From the NCBI GenBank assembly GCA_964187785.1, contig OZ076417.1:43896001-43960000 (forward strand): a DNA stretch of 64,000 nt, in the 5' to 3' direction. The position numbers were made by a program, and so were the translations under genes. Under the pieces are notes generated by a model. The model saw only the letters and a program-made list of their open reading frames with translations. It did no database searches and was not told where the DNA came from. This document shows positions 56,997 through 64,000 of the stretch, in pieces. Numbering within the stretch: position 1 is the first letter of the stretch; every line of letters begins with the position of its first letter. This DNA comes from Amphiscolops sp. MND2022. Its lineage: Eukaryota.

Positions 56997-57581
56997 TGTG
57001 ATAATCCTCCTCCTCAGAGTCCTCATTTGAAATCATTGTTTCGTCTATGATCAATTCATTTTGGCAAAACGGTTTAGGTTTAGCACGATTTCTTAGATCA
57101 CTCATGTTAGATGCTCTAAGGGGATGATCATTTTCTTCGTCTACATCCGAGTCTAAGGTATTTGATGCGTGAACTCCTATAGACTGAATTTCCCGAAAGT
57201 CACTTGTTTTGTATTTCGTTCGCCGAAAGTGTGGAGCAATCTAGTCTTTTAGACCCCCTATTTCTTCTGTTTCCAATCTCACTCAAGTGGAAACAAGGTT
57301 TTTCAGCAAAAAAATAGTTGAATTTCTTTGCAGCTTAATGATGAGACAAAGTTCAATTTGTGAACAAAGTTGATGGAAAACAAATTACATGACAATTGGG
57401 AAGTTCCTTTGCTGAGTTAGTGCTTTCAAATGAAGTTATTTTTTGAATGATTGTCTTTAAAAATCCACTGATGGTTGATGGTTTCAAAATGAAAAGAATG
57501 GACTCTTTTTACAGCTATCATCATTTAAAAAGATATAAATAAAGTTACATCAGGATGTCATCATTCTTTTTATATCCCACA
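56997..57581. mobile_element. Putative solo LTR (also 58873-59451 and 60757-61356)
   Basis: TGTG...CACA termini; 5-bp flanks AATGC/AATCC (4/5); TATAAATAAA about 45 nt from the right end. Confidence 0.5.
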
Positions 57582-60500
57582 AATCCAAATTGCGTGACAC
57601 TCAAATTACAATTATAGACTCTGAGGGACCCACAAAGATTTTTAAAAACACACAAAGGAATCTCAGATGTTACGTTTCAGCATATGTCATTGGAGCTCCG
57701 AATTATAGCTGATGCAGGTAAAACTGCATAGTGCCGTATGCCCGTCACTAAACCGCATAGTAGTCAAAATCCGCATGACGCCGCATACTTGTCAGTAGTC
57801 TATCCGCAAGATGCCGCATACTCATTGTCTGCAATTCCGCAAATTAGCATAAAATTATCTCTCTAAAACTGCGTGAACACAAACTATGAGTCATATCAGT
57901 AAAATGAACTGATACAGCCACTCAATAAAGATTCATCATTGGCATGTGCTGAGTACCCTTTGGTGCATATGATGTATCTTTTCCGAAAATTAGCAAGACG
58001 CTACATTTAAAAACCTAAACTGTCAAAACTAGTCTTGATGTCTAATTGGTTATCTTCGGTACTTAGAGCCTCACACTATTTGCTGCGTGTACACCATGTG
58101 GTTGTTGCTATGTGATTGCAGTTATTGTATAAGATTATCTGTTTATAGGTTGAGACCGTGAGCTACTGTTTGCAATTTAAAGATTATTATTTTTCGCCCA
58201 CATAAACAGGGGAGGAAAATCATGATCTGTGTTGCGTTTTTTCCAAGTTCTGCCAAATCTCCCAGTTTCACCTCACTTAAAGTTACTTGACTATTTTAGT
58301 TACTTGACTATTTTAGTTACTTGACTATTCTAGTAGCAGAAAATATCCCGGTACTTAGCAGGCGTCTTGTTCGTACTTGCGCTGTTTATGCCTTCAAAAG
58401 TGACTTTCTTTATCTGCATTGTTTCAGAGACTGTAGTTCTCAGTATGCAAAATGACCGTTACTCTTAGCAAACGTCGACAGTTAGGGTTGTTACGCTTAG
58501 GGTTAGAATTGATTGGAGGATATCCACACAAACAAGTTCCCTCACCACTTGACGATACCATAAGGAGGCAATAGGTAACTAAGTGAAGATTATATCCCGC
58601 CTGTTGCATTAAAACCCTATCCCTTCAAGTTCCTCCAACTGGTATAACACGCTGTAGCTCCGTGTCAGCTTGCCGTGACATTGCTACTATTGTTTCCAAA
58701 ACGGAAATGTCTATAGTATTGGAGTTATGGGCGTCATTCCTATGCTTTTTAAAACAAAGTTTCCGCCTTGAAAAGACTCTTTTCAGTTCTGAACTCTGTC
58801 TTTAGTAATACATATCAAAATTTCGAAATTTTGATGACAAAAATGCATCGAAGTGTGAAACGTTAATAATGCTGTGATAATCCTCCTCCTCGGAGTCCTC
58901 CTTTGAAATCATTGTTTTGTCTATGATCAATTCATTTTGTCAAAACGGTTTAGCTCGATTCCTTAGATCATTCATGTTAGATGCTCTAAGGGGATGATCA
59001 TTTTCTTCGTCTACATCCGAGTCTAAGGTATTTGATGCGTGAAGTTCTATAGACTGAACTTCCCGAAAGTCACTTATTTTGTATTTCGTTCGCCGAAAGT
59101 GTGGAGCAATCTAGTCTTTTAGACCTCCTATTTCTTCTGTTTCCCATCTCACTTAAGTGAAAACAAGGTTTTTCTGCAAAGAAATAGTTGAATTTGTTTG
59201 CAGCTTTATGATGAGACAAAGTTCAATTTGTGAACAAAATTGATGGAAAACAATTTACACGACAATTGGGAAGTTTCTTTTCTGAGTTAGTGCTTTCAAC
59301 TGAAGTTGTTTTTTGAATGATCGTCATCAGAAATCCACTGAAGGTTGATGGTTTCAAAATGAAAAGAACGCTCTCTTTTTACAGCTATCATCATTTAAAA
59401 AGATATAAATAAAATTACATCAGGTTGTCATCATTCTTTTTATATCCCACAAATCCAAATTGCATGACACCCAAATACAATTATAGACTCTGAGGAACCC
59501 TACAAAGATTTTTAAAAACACACAAAGGTATCTCAGATGTTACTTTGCAGCATATGTCATTAAAGCTCCGAATTATAGCTGATGCAGGTAAAACAGCATA
59601 GTGCCGTATGCCTGTCACTTATGAAACCGCATAGTAGTCAATTCGCATGATGCCGCATACTCGTCAGTAGTCAATCAGCATGATGCCGCATACTCATTGT
59701 CTGCAATTCCGCATATTAGCATAAAATTATGTCTCTCAAACTGCGTGAACACAAACTATGAGTCATATTATTAAAATGAACAGATACAGCCACTCAATAA
59801 AGATTCATCATTGGCATGAGCTGAGTACCCTTTGGTGCATATGATGTATGTTTTCCGAAAATTAGCAAGACGATACATTTAGTAATCTAAACTGTCAAAA
59901 CTAGCCTTGATGTCTAGTTGGTTATCTTCGGTACTTAGAGCCTCACACTATTAGCTGCATGTACACCATGTGGTCGTTGCTGTGTGATTTCAGTTATTGT
60001 ATAACATTTTCGGTTTATAGGTTGAGACCGTGAGCTACTGTTTGCAATTTAAAGATTATTATTTTTCCCCCACAAAAATGGGGGAGGGAATATCATAATC
60101 TGTGTTGCGTTTTTTCCAAGTTCAGCCAAATCTCCTCCCAGTTTCACCTTACTTAGAGTTACTTGACTATTTTAGTTTCTTCACTATTTTAGTTACTTGA
60201 CTATTCTAGTAGCGGAAAATACCCCGGTGCTTAGCGGGCGTCTTGTTCGTACTTGCGCTGTTTTTGCCTCCAAAAGTAACTTTCTTTATCTGCATTGTTT
60301 CGTTGTTTCAGAGACGGTAATTCTCAGTTTGCAAAATGACCTTTACCCTTAGCAGTCATCGACAGTTAGGGTTGTTACGCTTAGGGTTAAGATTGATTGG
60401 AGGATATCAACACAAACAAATACACTCACCACTTGACGAAACCATAAGGAGGCAATAGGTAACTAAGTGCAGATGATATCCCGCCTGGTGCATTAAAACC

Positions 60501-61971
60501 CTATCCGTTCAAGTTCCTCCAACTGGTATAACACGCTGTAGCTCCGTGTCAGCTTGCCGTGACATTGCTACTATTGTTTCCAAAACGGAAATTTCTATAG
60601 TTTTGGAGTTTTGGGCGTCATTCCTATGCTTTTTAAAACAAAGTTTCCGTCTTGAAAAGACTCATTTCAGTTCTGAACTCTGTCTTTAGTAATACATATC
60701 AAAATTTCGAAATTTTGATGACAAAAATGCATCGAAGTGTAAAACGTTAATAAGGCTGTGATAATCCTCCTCCTCAGAGTCCTCATTTGAAATCATTGTT
60801 TCGTCTATGATCAATTCATTTTGGCAAAACGGTTTAGCTCGATTCCCTAGATCTTTGATGTTAGATGCTCTAAGGGGATGATCATTTTCTTCGTCTACAT
60901 CCGAGTCTAAGGTATTTGATGCGTGTACTCCTATAGACTGTATTTCCCGAAAGTCACTTAATTTGTATTTCGTTCGCCAAAAGTGTGGAGCAATCTAGTC
61001 TTTTAGACCTCCTATCTCTTCTGTTTCCCATCTCACTCAAGTGAAAACAAGGTTTTTCTGCAAAGCAAAAGTTGAATTTCTTTGCAGCTTTGTTGAACTT
61101 CTTTGCAGCTTTATGATAAGACAAAGTTCAATTTGTGAACAAAGTTGACGGAAAACACTTTACATGACAATTGGGAAGTTTCTTATCTGAGTCAGTGCTT
61201 TCAACTGAAGTTAGTTTTTGAATGATCGTCTTCAAAAATCCACTGATGGTTGATGGTTTCGAAATAAAAAGAATGTACCCTTTTTTAAGCTATCATCATT
61301 TAAAAAGATATGAATAAAGTTACATCAGGATGTCATCATTCTTTTTATTTCCCACAAATCCAAATTGCATGACACTCAAATTACAATTATAGACTCTGAG
61401 GAACCCACAAAGATTTTTAAAAACACACAAAGGTATCTCAGATGCTACTTTGCAGCATATGTCATTAAAGCTCCGAATTATAGCTGATGCAGGTAAAACC
61501 GTTTAGTGCCGTATGCCCGTCACTTATGAAACCGCATAGTAGTCAATCCGCATGATGCCGCATACTCGTCAGTAGTCAATCCGCATGATGCCACATACTC
61601 ATTGTCGGCAATTCCGCATATTAGCATAAAATTATCTGTCTCAAACTGCGTGAACACAAACTATGAGTCATATTAGTAAGTAATAAGCCTTTACAAATAA
61701 GCCATAAGATTGTTTTTCTAAAAATTTTGAAAAATCTTTCAGCACAGAAAATCTCCCATCTGGCTAATTCGGATCCCAACTAATAATTTCAAAAAACTGA
61801 AGGAGGTCCCTCTGTTGAAACTTGGAAGTTTTCAAAAAAAGGTACAGTACATGAAGAAAACCCCTAAGGCGGGATCCTTTGATCTTTTTCAGTATCAAAA
61901 TGATACAGAAAAGTGAAAAAATAGAAGAGAGGACCCTTCGGCCCCTGTTAGGTCCTCGTCTAGAAGATTGG

Positions 61972-62680
61972 AAAAAAGACGGGAACGTCTAAAGTCGGCG
62001 CTATATCTAAGGCTCAAATGTTTTGAGATATGCTCAGGACGTTAAAATAAAAAAGTCTCAGTTTCGAAACACCCTGAAGGTGCATTTCGTGTTCCGAAAA
62101 CGCTTCAGAAGTTAGGATATAGCGTGCTGAAACAAATACGATCGCTTTTTTCGATCCCACGCCTCCTCCTCGGTGAAACGCAAATTATTTCGGATATAAC
62201 GTCAAAAATTTGGATATAGCGCTTAACTCCGGATATTACGTCAAAATTTCGCAAAATTTTGATAAAAATAATTTTTGGGTATATATTGAGAAATCCTAAT
62301 TCCAGACAAAACTAATTTTGAAACTAAACGTCTCATAGTGCTAAACAATTTAAAAGGGGAGACAAACTTGTTGCAAAATATCAAAAAATTTGAAAGGGTG
62401 GTCTTTGGAGACAAACAATTCTAAAAAAAGTCGCACAGTGACGAAAAAAATCAAAAGGGAACCCTAGAGTTTCGTCCCGTTTTGTATTTTACGTTAAAAA
62501 TGAAATAAATGAAAGGGGGGACGCTTTGCACTAACTTAGATGCGTTTCCACTCGCCGATCCTGTAGTTTAGTAGTTCTGTAAAAAGTGTCCACTACGCAT
62601 ACATTCAGTTATCTGACGAAAAAAATAGTCACTGTAATAGTCGGGCTTTTTTCCTTAAAAAATGCGCCGACTAAAAATGA
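61972..62680 (-). mobile_element. Helentron-like non-autonomous element, family 2 (reverse)
   Basis: AAGACGGGAACGTCTAAAGTCGGCGCTATATCTAAGGCTCAAA start; shares the GCACTAACTTAGATGCGTTTCC...GTGTCCACTACGCATACA block with 35720-35880. Confidence 0.55.
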
Positions 62681-63340
62681 CATTTCAGAGCAGAAATTGG
62701 TATCTTGAAAAAATTGCCACTGTAAACATCGGGCATGTCTTCATACTTCAAACAGACGTCATGTTTCATTGGGTTGAAGTTTTACAAATGTGACTAGACG
62801 AGTTTTCGAGGAATGTAATGTTCAGGATGTAGAATCCAAACGTGAATACTCGAAAACCCAACTAGAGTTTTTCATGCTTCTTGGTATTGAGAAAAACTTT
62901 GGCTACTTTTAGCAGTACCACAAAAAGTTTATTTTGGGATCAAATTTTATTTCAATAAATTACCAGTTCCAATGATGGTGGATCATGCTATGAAACTCGA
63001 CTATTTTGTTTTTAATACAAATTTTCATGCTGTGTGTTCTGTGACGAATTTTCACCTTATTTCGAAATTAAGTCCACATTATTTGAAAAAGCTCCACAAA
63101 TTTGTTCTGCAGGCGAACAATTTCTCATGAAACGAAAACATCTCAAAGAATCTCTCACAATCTTGAGTAAAAGTGTCAGACAACCTCTAAAAACATGTAA
63201 AAAGTTCAAGCACTATGAACTAGGGTGACGACAAATTTGTTCCGTCGTCTGTGAACAGTCGTCTATGTCTATTCATTTTTCACAACATCAGAGCGAGCTT
63301 CCCAATATGGATTTTCCCAAGATAATAGTTAGCGAAAATC

Positions 63341-63529
63341 TCAAGGACTTATGTCACAAATTGATCCGTAGGGCTGAAATTCGTTATCGTCCTGTAAGTA
63401 GTAGCCGTGACAATTAGACACATGAAACTCAACACCATGTTTGTTATTCGGCTGATCAACTTTCCATACCATCAAACTGTCATCCACTTGGTCACCGTCC
63501 ACTGTGAGCCATTGCCTATAAATTTTCCC
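63341..63529 (-). CDS. Terminal exon of a second C-type lectin gene (paralog of 30012-29816); upstream exons probably lie beyond the window
   Basis: IYRQWLTVDGDQVDDSLMVWKVDQPNN...CHGYYLQD...YGSICDISP* aligns motif by motif with RIWYDVQGQTVDSDLMNWGVDQPDS...LHD...LSVCDF. The acceptor position is approximate. Confidence 0.78.
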   Translation of the reverse strand, partial: GKIYRQWLTVDGDQVDDSLMVWKVDQPNNKHGVEFHVSNCHGYYLQDDNEFQPYGSICDISP

Positions 63530-64000
63530 CTCCCGCAACAAATAACAATTTTTGGAAGATAGAAAAATCGGTTTCGATTTTTTTTCATTTAGCTTATCAA
63601 TTCCGGATTTTCCTTTCGACATAATGCAAGATTTTCTGAGAAGCATCGATCATGTTTTACGTCTTTTGACTCCCAAGCGACAATTCGCCCCCGGGGCCAA
63701 ATTCCAAAAAGCGGCGATTCGTCCGAAGCGTCAATTCATCCCATTTTGAAAAGGTGATTTTGGAAATTCGTTCCAATTATTAAAAGCTGCAATTCTACCC
63801 CAATTAATTGCTAATAAAGATCTTTGTAATATTGAATCCGGAAAAAGTACATTAGAGGCAGGTACCAACAACTACCAGAAGATAATAGAACCGCATTTTA
63901 GCACTAAGTGTATTCATTTATAGTTTATTTGTTCAATTTTTTTTAAATTTCAGTCTTCAAAAGATTGTTAATTAGCTCATCAATTAACAAATTGGGACGA

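Larger units (their letters stand above)
56040..61679. repeat. Tandem triplication of a ~1.87-kb composite unit (56040-57898, 57899-59770, 59771-61675)
   Basis: Each unit starts (G/T)TAAAATGAAC(T/A)GATACAGCCAC and ends AAACTATGAGTCATAT(C/T)A. GTAA bounds both ends of the array. Each unit carries the same nested HINE and solo-LTR. Confidence 0.95.

Noticed and set aside
7-63749. Most 60-160 aa ORFs in the supplied track (e.g. 14168-14599, 28055-28405, 36311-36652, 55497-55982)
   Set aside because: They lie in repeats or antisense to real exons and TE ORFs, and show no domain motifs or splice support.

Overview
AT-rich nuclear DNA from an invertebrate animal; the lineage cannot be assigned from this window. 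It has a 200-N scaffold gap at 6139-6338 and is dominated by nested transposable elements. Host genes were reconstructed by reading splice sites by hand. (1) A complete 12-exon B-type lamin on + (6859-24023, about 580 aa, 356-aa rod, NLS, LTD, CaaX = CVIC). (2) A 5-exon secreted PAN/apple + C-type lectin gene on - (39198-29816), with a TGA nonsense codon and a 99-nt insertion in exon 4, so probably a pseudogene. (3) The last exon of a paralogous C-type lectin gene at the window end (63529-63341, -). Retroelements: a decayed I-group-like LINE with an internal 2363-bp tandem duplication; a CR1/L2-like LINE split by a 1065-bp TRIM-like LTR element inside lamin intron 1; a full-length decayed Gypsy (40456-46268, -); and a full-length decayed Bel/Pao (46773-54561, +). 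DNA elements: a Tc1 transposase relic, several hAT, Tc1, MULE and piggyBac-type MITEs, and many Helentron-like non-autonomous elements. There is also a 3 x ~1.87-kb tandem array. The strongest leads are: an SGNH/GDSL-esterase-like ORF with a Cys-rich tail between the PBS and gag of the Bel/Pao element; rolling-circle-type elements carrying tRNA-derived Pol III promoter boxes; and an isolated 18S rRNA fragment followed by a SINE-like motif. No database searches were run; all family assignments rest on motifs read directly from the sequence.
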